A stretch of DNA of 64,000 nt from Dehalococcoidia bacterium (GTDB lineage Bacteria; Chloroflexota; Dehalococcoidia; UBA6926). Below the pieces are notes generated by a model that saw only the letters and a program-made list of their open reading frames with translations, was not told where the DNA came from and ran no database searches. Made by a program: the position numbers and the translations under genes. The stretch lies in contig CAXXET010000006.1 of assembly GCA_963666115.2 (NCBI GenBank), forward strand, positions 192,001 to 256,000, in the 5' to 3' direction. Below, one piece after another: positions 19,367-28,805 of this stretch (its first letter is position 1; the number at the start of each line of letters is the position of its first letter).

Positions 19367-20548
19367 ATGGGCAGGTTTTGGGAGATATTGTTTGTTGCGG
19401 GGCGGCTGGGGCTGACTTCGTTTGGGGGGCCTATTGCGCATATTGGGTATTTCCGCGAGGAGTACGTTGTCCGGCGCAAGTGGCTGGATGAGGGCACGTT
19501 CGCGGAGTTGATCGCGCTGTGCCAATTCCTGCCGGGCCCGGCGAGCAGCCAGTTGGGGATGGCCGTCGGCATCAAGCGCGGGGGGCTGCTGGGCGGGTTC
19601 GCGGCGTGGCTGGGGTTCACGCTGCCGTCCGCGCTGGCGCTGATCCTGTTCGCGTACGGCGTGCAGGAGCTGGGGGCGCAGGAGAGCGCGGACTGGCTGC
19701 ACGGGCTCAAGATCGTCGCCGTGGCCGTTGTCGCACTGGCGCTGTGGGGCATGGGGCGGACGCTGACGCCGGACCGGACGCGAATCACAATTGCCGTCGT
19801 TGCGGCCGCCGCGCTGTTGCTGACGGGCGGGATCGCCGCGCAGTTGGCGGTGATCGTCGGGGGCGCGATCATGGGCCTGATCGTCCTGCGACCGCCGGAG
19901 CCACGAGCGGATGGCGATGCCGTTTCGAGCGGCGGGACGCGCTCTGCGATGGCGCTGCTCATCGCATTCCTCGTCTTGCTGGCCGTGCTGCCGTTGGCGA
20001 GCAGACTGACGGATAGCCTGGCCGTCGATATTATGGACAGCTTCTATCGAACAGGGTCACTTGTGTTTGGCGGCGGACACGTTGTGCTGCCGCTGTTGGA
20101 GGCGGAGGTTGTGCCGCCGGGGTGGGTGACGAGCGACGAGTTCCTGGCGGGATACGGGGCAGCGCAAGCCGTGCCGGGGCCGCTGTTCACGTTTTCGGCA
20201 TATCTCGGCGCGTCGGTGGACGGGTTGACGCCGCGCTGGGGCGGGGGGCTGCTGGCGCTGGCGGCGATATTCGCGCCGTCGTTCCTGCTGGTACCGGGGG
20301 TGCTGCCGTTCTGGGAGCGTTTGAGGGGCGTGGCGCGGGTTCGGCAGGCGTTGATGGGCGTGAACGCCGCTGTTGTGGGGCTGTTGTTGGCGGCGCTCTA
20401 TGATCCGCTCTGGACCAGCGCCATTGAGACGCCGGCGGACTTTGCCGTTGCGGCGGCGGCGTTCGCGCTGCTGGCGTTTTGGCGCGCGCCGCCGTGGATG
20501 GTGGTTGTGTTGACGGCAATAGCAGGGGCGGCGGTGGCGCAGTGGTGA
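19367..20548 (+). CDS. chrA: Chromate efflux transporter
   Basis: LTSFGGP, QFLPGP, VFGGGHVVLP, QAVPGP. Confidence 0.93.
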   Translation: MGRFWEILFVAGRLGLTSFGGPIAHIGYFREEYVVRRKWLDEGTFAELIALCQFLPGPASSQLGMAVGIKRGGLLGGFAAWLGFTLPSALALILFAYGVQELGAQESADWLHGLKIVAVAVVALALWGMGRTLTPDRTRITIAVVAAAALLLTGGIAAQLAVIVGGAIMGLIVLRPPEPRADGDAVSSGGTRSAMALLIAFLVLLAVLPLASRLTDSLAVDIMDSFYRTGSLVFGGGHVVLPLLEAEVVPPGWVTSDEFLAGYGAAQAVPGPLFTFSAYLGASVDGLTPRWGGGLLALAAIFAPSFLLVPGVLPFWERLRGVARVRQALMGVNAAVVGLLLAALYDPLWTSAIETPADFAVAAAAFALLAFWRAPPWMVVVLTAIAGAAVAQW

Positions 20549-20553
20549 ACGGC

Positions 20554-21516
20554 ATGCTCCGATACATTGGGCTGCGGGTTGCGCTGTTCGTTCCGACGCT
20601 TTTGATTGCGTCGGTTGTTATCTTTGCGGTTCTGCGCGTGCTGCCCGGGGACGTGGTGGACGTGGTACTGGGCGGCTCGGGCGAGGTGGCGCACGATCCC
20701 ATCCAGGTTGAGCGCGCGCGAGAGGAGTTGGGGCTGGATGAGCCGCTGATCGCGCAGTACGGCTCCTGGTTGTGGAGCATGGGGACGGGCGGCTTTGGCG
20801 GCCGTTCGTTCGTCAATCGAGAGCCGATAACGTCGCTTGTGGCGCGGCAGCTGCCGGTAACGCTCCAGCTTGCGGTCTATACGATGCTGCTGGCGGCGGC
20901 GGTGGCGATACCGGTCGGGATTATCGGCGCGGTGCGGCAAGGGCGGTGGGCGGATTTCCTCGTGCGGCTGTTTGCCATTGGGGGGCAGGCGGTTCCGAGT
21001 TTCTTCATCGCCCTATTGGCATTGATAGCCTTGGTCTTGTTGTTTGGGTGGTCGCCCCCCGTCATCTATGACCACGTCTGGCAATCTCCCGTTCGACACG
21101 TCCAGTTGATGGTTTTGCCTGTCGTGATCCTCGCGTGGGGCTATGCGGCGTACCTGACGCGGATGACGCGGGCGGGGATGCTGGACGCGCTGGGGCAGGA
21201 CTATGTCCGCACGGCGCGGGGCAAGGGATTGTCCGAGCGCATCGTCCTGGCGCGCCATGCGCTCCGCAACGCGCTGATACCGGTGCTGAGCGTGGCGGGG
21301 ATACAGGTGGGGGCTTTGTTGGGCGGCGCGGTGGTGATGGAGACGATCTTCGGGCTGCCGGGGATCGGGCGGGGCATCGTGGACGCCGTCTCCGACCGCG
21401 ACTATCCAGTGGTTCAGACGTACGCGATGCTGTTCGTGTTCATCATGCTGACGGTCAATTTGGTCATCGACGTGCTCTATGCGGCGCTCGATCCGCGCAT
21501 CAACTACCGTGACTAG
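20554..21516 (+). CDS. Peptide/nickel ABC permease (DppB/OppB)
   Basis: LPGD, DYVRTARGKGL, RHALRNA, RDYPVVQ. Confidence 0.93.
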   Translation: MLRYIGLRVALFVPTLLIASVVIFAVLRVLPGDVVDVVLGGSGEVAHDPIQVERAREELGLDEPLIAQYGSWLWSMGTGGFGGRSFVNREPITSLVARQLPVTLQLAVYTMLLAAAVAIPVGIIGAVRQGRWADFLVRLFAIGGQAVPSFFIALLALIALVLLFGWSPPVIYDHVWQSPVRHVQLMVLPVVILAWGYAAYLTRMTRAGMLDALGQDYVRTARGKGLSERIVLARHALRNALIPVLSVAGIQVGALLGGAVVMETIFGLPGIGRGIVDAVSDRDYPVVQTYAMLFVFIMLTVNLVIDVLYAALDPRINYRD

Positions 21517-22351
21517 CGCATTCAGGCGCGCCGGACGGAGATTGCGGCGTCATCCCGTCGGAGCGGTCGCTTTCGCGGCGCTCGGCCTGATGGGGCTCGC
21601 AGCGGTATTCGCCGGGCAGCTCGCGCCGTACGACCCGCTTGCGCACGACGAGGCGAACGCGCTGCTGGGGCCGTCCGCCGAGCATCTCTTCGGCACGGAC
21701 AGGTTTGGGCGCGACGTGTTCAGCCGCGTGCTGTACGGAGCACGGATTTCGCTGGTGGTGGGGCTGGTGTCCGTGCTGGCGGGCACGCTGATCGGCACGA
21801 CCATTGGCATCATTTCGGCGTATGCGTCCGGCGTGGCAGACCTGGTCATACAGCGATTCATCGACGCGCTGATGGCGTTTCCGCACCTGCTGATGGCCTT
21901 GCTGCTGGTGGTTGTGCTGGAGCCGTCGCCGGTGAGCGTGATCATCGGCATCGTGGTGGCGTTCGTGCCGCAGGTGGCGCGGATCGCGCGGGCGCAGGCG
22001 CTGTCGGTCAAAGCGGAGCCGTACGTGATGGCGGCGAAATCGTTGGGCGGGAGCCCGACGCGGATTGTCGCGCGGCACGTGTTGCCGAACTCGATCGCGC
22101 CCGTGATCATCCACGCGACGGGATTCATGGAGGGGGCGGTGTTGACCGAGGCGGCGCTGAGCTTCCTGGGGCTGGGCGTGCCACCGCCCGATCCGTCGTG
22201 GGGACGGATGTTGAAGGAGGGATCGGAGGGATTTATGGAGGCCGCGCCGTGGCTGACGATCTTTCCGGGGCTGGCGTTGACGGCGCTGGTTTTCTGCGTG
22301 GCGCTCATCGGGGACGGGGTGCGGGATTTTTTGGACCCGCGGCAGCGGTGA
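21509..22351 (+). CDS. Peptide/nickel ABC permease (DppC/OppC)
   Basis: HLFGTDRFGRD, RHVLPN, LSFLGLG, PSWG. Confidence 0.93.
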   Translation: MTSAFRRAGRRLRRHPVGAVAFAALGLMGLAAVFAGQLAPYDPLAHDEANALLGPSAEHLFGTDRFGRDVFSRVLYGARISLVVGLVSVLAGTLIGTTIGIISAYASGVADLVIQRFIDALMAFPHLLMALLLVVVLEPSPVSVIIGIVVAFVPQVARIARAQALSVKAEPYVMAAKSLGGSPTRIVARHVLPNSIAPVIIHATGFMEGAVLTEAALSFLGLGVPPPDPSWGRMLKEGSEGFMEAAPWLTIFPGLALTALVFCVALIGDGVRDFLDPRQR

Positions 22352-22430
22352 GCATCGTCGGTCTATGATTGCAGGGCATTGGTGACAGGAAGTTGTTGAG
22401 TCACGCGGCTGGGTTGCACATGTGAGTGGA

Positions 22431-22483
22431 GATTCCCGCTTTCGCGGGAATGACGGAGTGAATGCGGGAATGACGGAGTGAAT
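22431..22483. repeat. Family A palindrome with tandem half-site duplication
   Basis: GATTCCCGCTTTCGCGGGAATGAC followed by a repeated GCGGGAATGACGGAGTGAAT. Confidence 0.85.
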
Positions 22484-22504
22484 GATGGGTGAATGGCGGG
22501 GATG

Positions 22505-23173
22505 ATGGGCGGCGTGTTGTACGTGGTGGCGACGCCGATTGGGAACCTGGAGGATATTTCGGCGCGGGCGCTGCGCGTGCTGGGCGAGGTTGACCTGATC
22601 GCGGCGGAGGATACGCGGACGACGCGCAAGCTGCTGACGCGGTATGGGCTGCGCGTTCCGATGGTGAGCCTGTTCGATGCGAATGTGCGGCGGCGTGTTC
22701 CGGCGTTGCTCGCGGAGCTTGATGCGGGCAAGAGCATCGCGCTCGTGAGCGAGGCGGGGACGCCGCTGATCAGCGACCCGGGAGCGCAGCTGGTTCGGGC
22801 GGCGGCGGAGGCGGGCCACACGGTGACGCCGATCCCCGGGCCGACGGCCATCGCCGCGCTGCTGTCCGTCGCGGGACTGCCGGCGGATAAGTTCACGTTC
22901 CTGGGGTTTTTGCCGCGGAGGGCGGGACAGCGGCGGCGGTTGCTGGAGGAGGTAGCCGGATTGTCGTGGCCGATTGTGTTGTATGAGTCACCGCATCGCA
23001 TCATCGCGACGCTGGAGGCGTTGGGGGAGGTTTTGGGGGATCGCGAGGTGGTGATCGGGCGGGAGATGACGAAGCTGCACGAGGAGATATTCCGGGGGAC
23101 GGTTTTGGAGGCTGTGGAGCATTTTCAGAAGCCGCGGGGGGAGTTCACGGTGGTGGTGGCGGGACGGGGTTAG
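22505..23173 (+). CDS. rsmI: 16S rRNA C1402 2'-O-methyltransferase
   Basis: LYVVATPIGNLEDIS, AEDTR, GTPLISDPG, YESPHR, REMTKLHEE. Confidence 0.96.
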   Translation: MGGVLYVVATPIGNLEDISARALRVLGEVDLIAAEDTRTTRKLLTRYGLRVPMVSLFDANVRRRVPALLAELDAGKSIALVSEAGTPLISDPGAQLVRAAAEAGHTVTPIPGPTAIAALLSVAGLPADKFTFLGFLPRRAGQRRRLLEEVAGLSWPIVLYESPHRIIATLEALGEVLGDREVVIGREMTKLHEEIFRGTVLEAVEHFQKPRGEFTVVVAGRG

Positions 23174-23198
23174 ATTCTTCGCTGCGCTCAGAATGACA
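23172..23198. repeat. Family C palindrome between convergent genes
   Basis: AGATTCTTCGCTGCGCTCAGAATGACA overlaps both stop codons. Confidence 0.88.
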
Positions 23199-24021
23199 TG
23201 AGACGGTTGGTCATGGTTTGGATGGCTTCCTCGTTGTTGTCTACCAGGATGAAGCGGCGGTTGTGTTTGGCGGCTGCTTCGCCTGTCGTGCCGCTGCCGG
23301 CGAAGAAGTCCAGGACGAGGTCGCCGGGGTTGGAGTGGACTTTGATGATGCGCTCCAGGATGCCGAGCGGCTTTTGGGTGGGGTAGCCGGTCTTTTCTTT
23401 GCCAGCCGTGGGAACGATGGTGTGCCACCAGACGTCGGTGGGTGTTTTGCCGCGCGCGGCCTTTTCGGGACCGACCAGCCCCGGCGCCATGTAGGGGATT
23501 CGATCCATCTCCTCGTAGTTGAACGTGAAGTCGGAGGGGTCTTTGGCGTACCAGAGGATGTTGTCGTGCTTGGCGGACCAGCGGGATTTTGAGCGCGCGC
23601 CGTAGTCGTAGGCCCAGACGATTTCGTTGATGAAGGAGTCACGCCCGAATATGTCGTCGAGCAGCACCTTGCAGTAGTGGACCTCTCGGTAGTCGACGTG
23701 GAGGAAGAATGAGCCGTTAGGCTTGAGGACGCGCCTGGCTTCGATTAGGCGCGGTTCCAGGAATGCCAGGTAGTCGTCGAAGCTGTCCTGGTATTCGGAT
23801 TTGGCGACGCGTTCTGTGCGGTATCGCCGCCCCTGAAAGCCGACGCGGTCGCCGGAGTCTTCATCGTGCACGGTCTTGATGGACTCGCGGGATTGGGCGT
23901 GGCCGGTGTTGAAGGGTGGGTCGATGTAGATGAGGTCAACGATGGCGGGTGGCATTGTGCGGAGGTAGTCGAGGTTATCCGCTTGGATGATGGTGTTGGG
24001 GATTGTAGTGTGGGGTTCCAT
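23188..24021 (-). CDS. Orphan beta-class DNA methyltransferase
   Basis: IYIDPPFN, YPTQKP, DFFAGSGTT. Confidence 0.9.
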   Translation of the reverse strand: MEPHTTIPNTIIQADNLDYLRTMPPAIVDLIYIDPPFNTGHAQSRESIKTVHDEDSGDRVGFQGRRYRTERVAKSEYQDSFDDYLAFLEPRLIEARRVLKPNGSFFLHVDYREVHYCKVLLDDIFGRDSFINEIVWAYDYGARSKSRWSAKHDNILWYAKDPSDFTFNYEEMDRIPYMAPGLVGPEKAARGKTPTDVWWHTIVPTAGKEKTGYPTQKPLGILERIIKVHSNPGDLVLDFFAGSGTTGEAAAKHNRRFILVDNNEEAIQTMTNRLMSF

Positions 24022-24036
24022 GGGGTGAGTGTACCC

Positions 24037-25053
24037 CTAGGAGTGGCGTTGGACTACGAAGTCTATTATGTCTTGTAGGGATTGGAGGGCGGGGTTTGGG
24101 GGGCGGTTGATTTTGCTTAGGGCGTTGCGGGCGCGGTCTGCCAGGCGGTTGGCGAGGGAATAGGAGTCTTCGACGGCGTTGGAGTCACGGATGAGGGCTA
24201 GGGCTTCTTCGACGCATTGCTCTTTATCGTGCTCCGCCATGGTGGTTCGTTCGTCGCGCAGGTGGGCGAATGGGCCTTTCTCGTTCAGTTCCGGGTGATC
24301 GGCGAGATAGAGCAGGGCGGGGAGGGTGAGGATGCCGCCGCGCAGGTCGGAGCCGATGGGCTTGCCGACTTCAGAGGCGTCGCCCTGCAGGTCGAGGATG
24401 TCGTCTACCACCTGGAACGCGGTGCCGAGGCTCATGCCGTACTCCGTGATGGCGTCGATCTCCGCCTCGTTCGCGCCGCCAAGCACCGCGCCTGAGACGG
24501 CAGACGTCGTGAACAGTGACGCCGTCTTGCGCTCCACGCGCGCCCAGTACTCTTCCTGTCCGCCGGTCCAATCGAACGCCTGCTGGATTTCGCGGAGTTC
24601 GCCGTCGGCAAGGAGGCGCAAGGTGCGGGAGAAGAGGGTGATGACGCGGACGTTGTTGGTGGCGCAGACCATCTCGGCGGAACTGGCAAAGAGGTAGTCG
24701 CCAAGCAGGAGTGCGACCTCATCGCCGTGGCGGGCGTTGATGGTGGCGGTGCCGCGCCTTAGCGACGCCTTGTCCACGGAGTCGTCATGGACGAGGGAGG
24801 CGGTGTGGAGGAGTTCGACGGCGACGGCCATGGAGATGTGGATGTCCGGGTTGAAGTCAAATAAGTGGCCGGCGAGGAGGGTGACGGCGGGGCGGGCGCG
24901 CTTGCCCGGGGTGGCGAGGATGTAGCGGAGCAGCTCATCGAGCCATGGGAAATCGTCCTCGCCGATGGCGCCGAGGCGGCGTTCCACCTCCGCCATGTCA
25001 GGCTCGATCAGTTCGAGAAAGGCCGGGGATTTGGTCGATGTCGTGTTAGTCAC
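24037..25053 (-). CDS. Polyprenyl diphosphate synthase (HepT/IspB-like)
   Basis: GKRARP, LVHDDSVD..RRG, KTA, FQVVDDILD. Confidence 0.93.
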   Translation of the reverse strand: MTNTTSTKSPAFLELIEPDMAEVERRLGAIGEDDFPWLDELLRYILATPGKRARPAVTLLAGHLFDFNPDIHISMAVAVELLHTASLVHDDSVDKASLRRGTATINARHGDEVALLLGDYLFASSAEMVCATNNVRVITLFSRTLRLLADGELREIQQAFDWTGGQEEYWARVERKTASLFTTSAVSGAVLGGANEAEIDAITEYGMSLGTAFQVVDDILDLQGDASEVGKPIGSDLRGGILTLPALLYLADHPELNEKGPFAHLRDERTTMAEHDKEQCVEEALALIRDSNAVEDSYSLANRLADRARNALSKINRPPNPALQSLQDIIDFVVQRHS

Positions 25054-25083
25054 GGTTGTGCGGCAGGCAGTGAGCGCGCCTGT

Positions 25084-26775
25084 CTACGCCATCGTTTCGC
25101 TTTCGGCGCCCGCGCCGAGATTGGCCATCTCACGCGCGAGCACCTGTTCCTCATCGAGTTTGGCAAAGAGGGCCTGGGGCTGCGGGAGTGATGCTCCCGG
25201 CGCGGGGCCGACTGCCGTCCAGCCGGCGTCCTGCACGCCGCCTTCAAGTCCGAGCATTTCATGGAGACGCTGGGAACTGAACGGGAGGTACGGGGCAAGG
25301 AGGGTCTTGAGTCCGCTGATGATGCCCAGGATGGTGACGAGCGTGCGGGCAGCATCGTCGCGATCCTCACGGATGGCACGCCACGGCGCGCGGTCATCCA
25401 GGTAGCGGTTGCCTTCTTGCGCGAGACTCATGGCGACGTTGAGACCGGCGCGGAAGCGGCAGGCGGCGATTTCAGCGGCGGCTTCGTCGAGCGCCTCGTT
25501 CACCCGCGCAAGGAGGCGCGCGCCCGCCTCATCGGGCTGCGCGTCCGGCACGACGCCATCGAAGAATCGTTGGAGGAACGTGAGCGCGCGGTGGACGAGA
25601 TTGCCGTAGGTGCCGACAAGCTCGTTGTTGACGCGGCGCACGTAATCCGGCCAGGTGAACTCTGAGTCGGAGGTCTCGGGCATGTTGGCGGAGAGGACGT
25701 AGCGGAGAGCGTCCGGGTCATAGTTGGCGAGGTATTCCGGCACCCAGACGGCCCAGTTACGGCTGGTAGATAGCTGGTAGCCCTCCAGGTTGAGGAACTC
25801 GTTGGCGGGGACGTCCTCCGGCAGGGCAAGGCCGTCGCCGTAGGCCATGAGCATGGCGGGCCAGATGATGGTGTGGAAGGTGATGTTGTCCTTGCCGATG
25901 AAGTAGTAGGGTTTCGCGTCTTCTCCCCACCATGCGCGCCATGCGTCCGGTTCGCCCTTGATTTCGCCAGCCCATTCCACGGAGGCGGAGAGGTAGCCGA
26001 TGACGGCCTCAAACCAGACGTAGATCCGGCGATCCTCCCAGCCGTCCAGCGGGACGGGGATGCCCCAGTCAAGGTCACGGGTATAGGCGCGGTCTTTGAG
26101 GCCCTGTTCCAGGAAGCCTGTTGTGAAATTCAGGACTTGCGGGCGCCAATGGCTCTTGTCCTTGAGCCATTCCAGGAGGCTGTCGCCGTACTCGGAGAAC
26201 TTCATCATGAAGTGCGAGCGGGTGCGGAACTCCGGAGTGCTGCCGTCCAGCGAACTGCGCGGATCGATGAGTTCGCGCGGGTCGAGGGTTCGGCCGCAGT
26301 CGTCGCACTGGTCGCCGCGCGCGGAGTCGTTGTCGCAGTGGGGGCACTTGCCGTTGATGTAGCGGTCCGGCAGGTAACGGTTCTGCGTGGGGCTGTAGGG
26401 GACTTCGCTGGCGGTTTCGTAGAGCAGGCCCTTTTCGTGGAATCGTGTGAAGAAGTCCTGGGCGATGCGGTAGTGGTTCTCCGTTTCGGTGGTGGTGAAG
26501 AGGTCCCATGAGATGCCGAGTCCGTCCCACGATTCGAGGAAGCCCCGGTGGAAACGGTCGTGGATTTCACGGGGTGAGACGCCCTCACTTTCGGCGCGGA
26601 GGGTGATGGGCGTGCCGTGCGCGTCCGAGCCGGAGACCATGAGGACGTTGTTGCCCTTCATGCGGTGAAAACGGGCAAAAATGTCCGCAGGCAGGTACGC
26701 ACCGGCGATGTGCCCGAGGTGGAGGTCTCCGTTTGCATACGGCCACGCGACCGCGATCAGGATGTTGTCCGGCAT
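25084..26775 (-). CDS. metG: Methionyl-tRNA synthetase
   Basis: PYANGDLHLGH, Zn knuckle CPHC/CDDC, IGKDN, LSTS. Confidence 0.96.
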   Translation of the reverse strand: MPDNILIAVAWPYANGDLHLGHIAGAYLPADIFARFHRMKGNNVLMVSGSDAHGTPITLRAESEGVSPREIHDRFHRGFLESWDGLGISWDLFTTTETENHYRIAQDFFTRFHEKGLLYETASEVPYSPTQNRYLPDRYINGKCPHCDNDSARGDQCDDCGRTLDPRELIDPRSSLDGSTPEFRTRSHFMMKFSEYGDSLLEWLKDKSHWRPQVLNFTTGFLEQGLKDRAYTRDLDWGIPVPLDGWEDRRIYVWFEAVIGYLSASVEWAGEIKGEPDAWRAWWGEDAKPYYFIGKDNITFHTIIWPAMLMAYGDGLALPEDVPANEFLNLEGYQLSTSRNWAVWVPEYLANYDPDALRYVLSANMPETSDSEFTWPDYVRRVNNELVGTYGNLVHRALTFLQRFFDGVVPDAQPDEAGARLLARVNEALDEAAAEIAACRFRAGLNVAMSLAQEGNRYLDDRAPWRAIREDRDDAARTLVTILGIISGLKTLLAPYLPFSSQRLHEMLGLEGGVQDAGWTAVGPAPGASLPQPQALFAKLDEEQVLAREMANLGAGAESETMA

Positions 26776-26822
26776 GTGAGTTCGTTAACTATTCTAGCGG
26801 GCGCATGTCAAACGCGGGCGTG

Positions 26823-28058
26823 TCAGCCGCAGATGTCCAACGCGGTGAGGGCGAGAACGCGGGCAACCGTGAGCACATTGTCGATGGGTATAGTGCGCTC
26901 CGTGTTGGACGTTGGGCCGTAGACGACGGGCACGGAGCCGCCCCGCGCGAACCAGCCGGCGTCCGTCCATGCGTATGAGCCTGGGTCCTGCGGGCCGACG
27001 CGCTCCGGCGCGGTTCCGGTGACGTCCGCATGCCGCCGCGCGACTGCCTGGGGGAGCATGTGGTCGATGGGCGTATCGATGCCGTGGCCGGGCACTTTCA
27101 TGCTGCGCCAATCGTCCGTGTAGGTGGCCGGGGGGCCGGCGATCTCGATGCTTGCGCCGGGGTTGGCGGCGCGGACGCCCTCCAGCACCTTATCGATGTC
27201 GGACTGCGTTTGCTCCCAGTCCTGTCCGGGCACGCCGCGCACTTCGATGATCATGGCGCAGTAATCGGGCACGTAGGACGCGCGCCACTTGAGGAAATCC
27301 GTGCCGACGCCGCCGTTAATCGCGCCGATGATCATGGTGGGGAGACCGGGTGTGGCGGGGTGCGGCTGAGCGGAGAACTCGACGTTGTCCAGCGCTTTGA
27401 CCACGTCCGCCATGACGTTGACGGCGTTGACGTATTCGGAGCGGTGCAGCATCCCGATCCAGGCGGAGGCGCCGGTGACGGTGATGACGTACTGGCATGC
27501 GCCGGAGTGCATGGTGCGGACATCGAGGAACGACGGCTCGCAGACTATGGTGTAGTCGCAGCCGATTCCTCGCTGTACGAGGTCGTAGACGCCGACGCCG
27601 CCCTGCAACTCGCCAACTACGCCGGTGAAGAGCAGATCACCGCGGAGCTGCGCGCCGGAGCGGTGGACGGCGACGGTGGCCGCGGCTGCTGCGGCGACAC
27701 CGGCTTTCATGTTGACGAGGCCGTGGCCGGTGAGGCGGCCGTCCTCCTCGTGGCAATCCCACGGGTCCAACGGGTAGTTGAGCGGGACGGGGTCGATGTC
27801 CAGATGGCCGTTGAGCATGAGCGACGATCCGCCGCCGCTTCCGGGGATGCGAACGATAAGGTCGGGGCGGCCGGGCTCATCGGACACGTCGATGAGTTCA
27901 GTGGAAAGGCCGCGCTCATCGAACCAAGCGGCAAGGAAGCGCATGACGTCCGTTTCGCTGCCGGAGAAGCTGCGATAGCTTTGCAGGTCTTTCATCAGTT
28001 GAACGACCTCATCACGGTTGATGCCGTCCAAGGCGTCCTGTTCGTTCACAGTCGTCAT
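26823..28058 (-). CDS. M20 family metallo-hydrolase (ArgE/DapE-like)
   Basis: LNGHLD, GLVNMKAG, VGE, CEP, TDA. Confidence 0.85.
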   Translation of the reverse strand: MTTVNEQDALDGINRDEVVQLMKDLQSYRSFSGSETDVMRFLAAWFDERGLSTELIDVSDEPGRPDLIVRIPGSGGGSSLMLNGHLDIDPVPLNYPLDPWDCHEEDGRLTGHGLVNMKAGVAAAAAATVAVHRSGAQLRGDLLFTGVVGELQGGVGVYDLVQRGIGCDYTIVCEPSFLDVRTMHSGACQYVITVTGASAWIGMLHRSEYVNAVNVMADVVKALDNVEFSAQPHPATPGLPTMIIGAINGGVGTDFLKWRASYVPDYCAMIIEVRGVPGQDWEQTQSDIDKVLEGVRAANPGASIEIAGPPATYTDDWRSMKVPGHGIDTPIDHMLPQAVARRHADVTGTAPERVGPQDPGSYAWTDAGWFARGGSVPVVYGPTSNTERTIPIDNVLTVARVLALTALDICG

Positions 28059-28103
28059 TTCACCACCCCCATGCGACTACTCAGCGTCTACTATAGTTGC
28101 GTG

Positions 28104-28796
28104 ATGGACAAACAGTCACTGATGTCCAGGGTTCTTCATTCGGGCGCGGCGGGGGCGTTTCGGATTGGGTCGCGGCTGGCGGTGCATGGGCGGGAGAATG
28201 TGCCGGCGGCGGGGCCTGTGATTGTGGCGGTGAATCACACGCACAACATAGACCCGGCGCTGATCGGGGTGATCATGCCCTGGCCGGTGCGATTCCTGGC
28301 GAAACGGGAACTCGTGGCGGAGGGCACTGCCGTTACGCGGTGGATTGTGCGGACGTGGGGACTGATTCCGATCACGCGGGGCAGGCTTGATCGGGATGCC
28401 CTGAGAACAGCCACGGACTACCTGCGCGGCGGCGGGGCAATCGGGATGTTTCCCGAGGGGACGCGGAGCAAAGACGGGCGGCTAGGCCATGCCCGGGCGG
28501 GGACAGGATTCCTGGCCGTGACGACGGGCGCGCCGGTCTTGCCTGTGGGAATCGAGGGTCTTGCGGGGCTGGGACACAACCCGGCGTTCGTTGCCCGGCG
28601 ACCGCGTTTCACGGCGCGCATCGGCACGCTGCTGGACTTCTCCGACCTGGCGGAATCCAAGGCGGACGATCGGTTTGAACGCGCGACGGACGAGATCATG
28701 CGGGCCATCGCGGGACTGTTGCCTGAGCACATGCGCGGCTACTATGAGGGCAGCGCGCGGGATACACAACACACAGATGAGCGCGCGGGGCGGTGA
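28104..28796 (+). CDS. plsC: 1-acyl-sn-glycerol-3-phosphate acyltransferase
   Basis: NHTHNID (HxxxxD), FLAKREL, FPEGTRS. Confidence 0.9.
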   Translation: MDKQSLMSRVLHSGAAGAFRIGSRLAVHGRENVPAAGPVIVAVNHTHNIDPALIGVIMPWPVRFLAKRELVAEGTAVTRWIVRTWGLIPITRGRLDRDALRTATDYLRGGGAIGMFPEGTRSKDGRLGHARAGTGFLAVTTGAPVLPVGIEGLAGLGHNPAFVARRPRFTARIGTLLDFSDLAESKADDRFERATDEIMRAIAGLLPEHMRGYYEGSARDTQHTDERAGR

Positions 28797-28805
28797 GGGA
28801 CGTCA

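Noticed and set aside
27030-28103. 588-aa PlsC fusion suggested by the ORF track
   Set aside because: The upstream part is the antisense shadow of the M20 hydrolase; plsC most likely starts at 28104.
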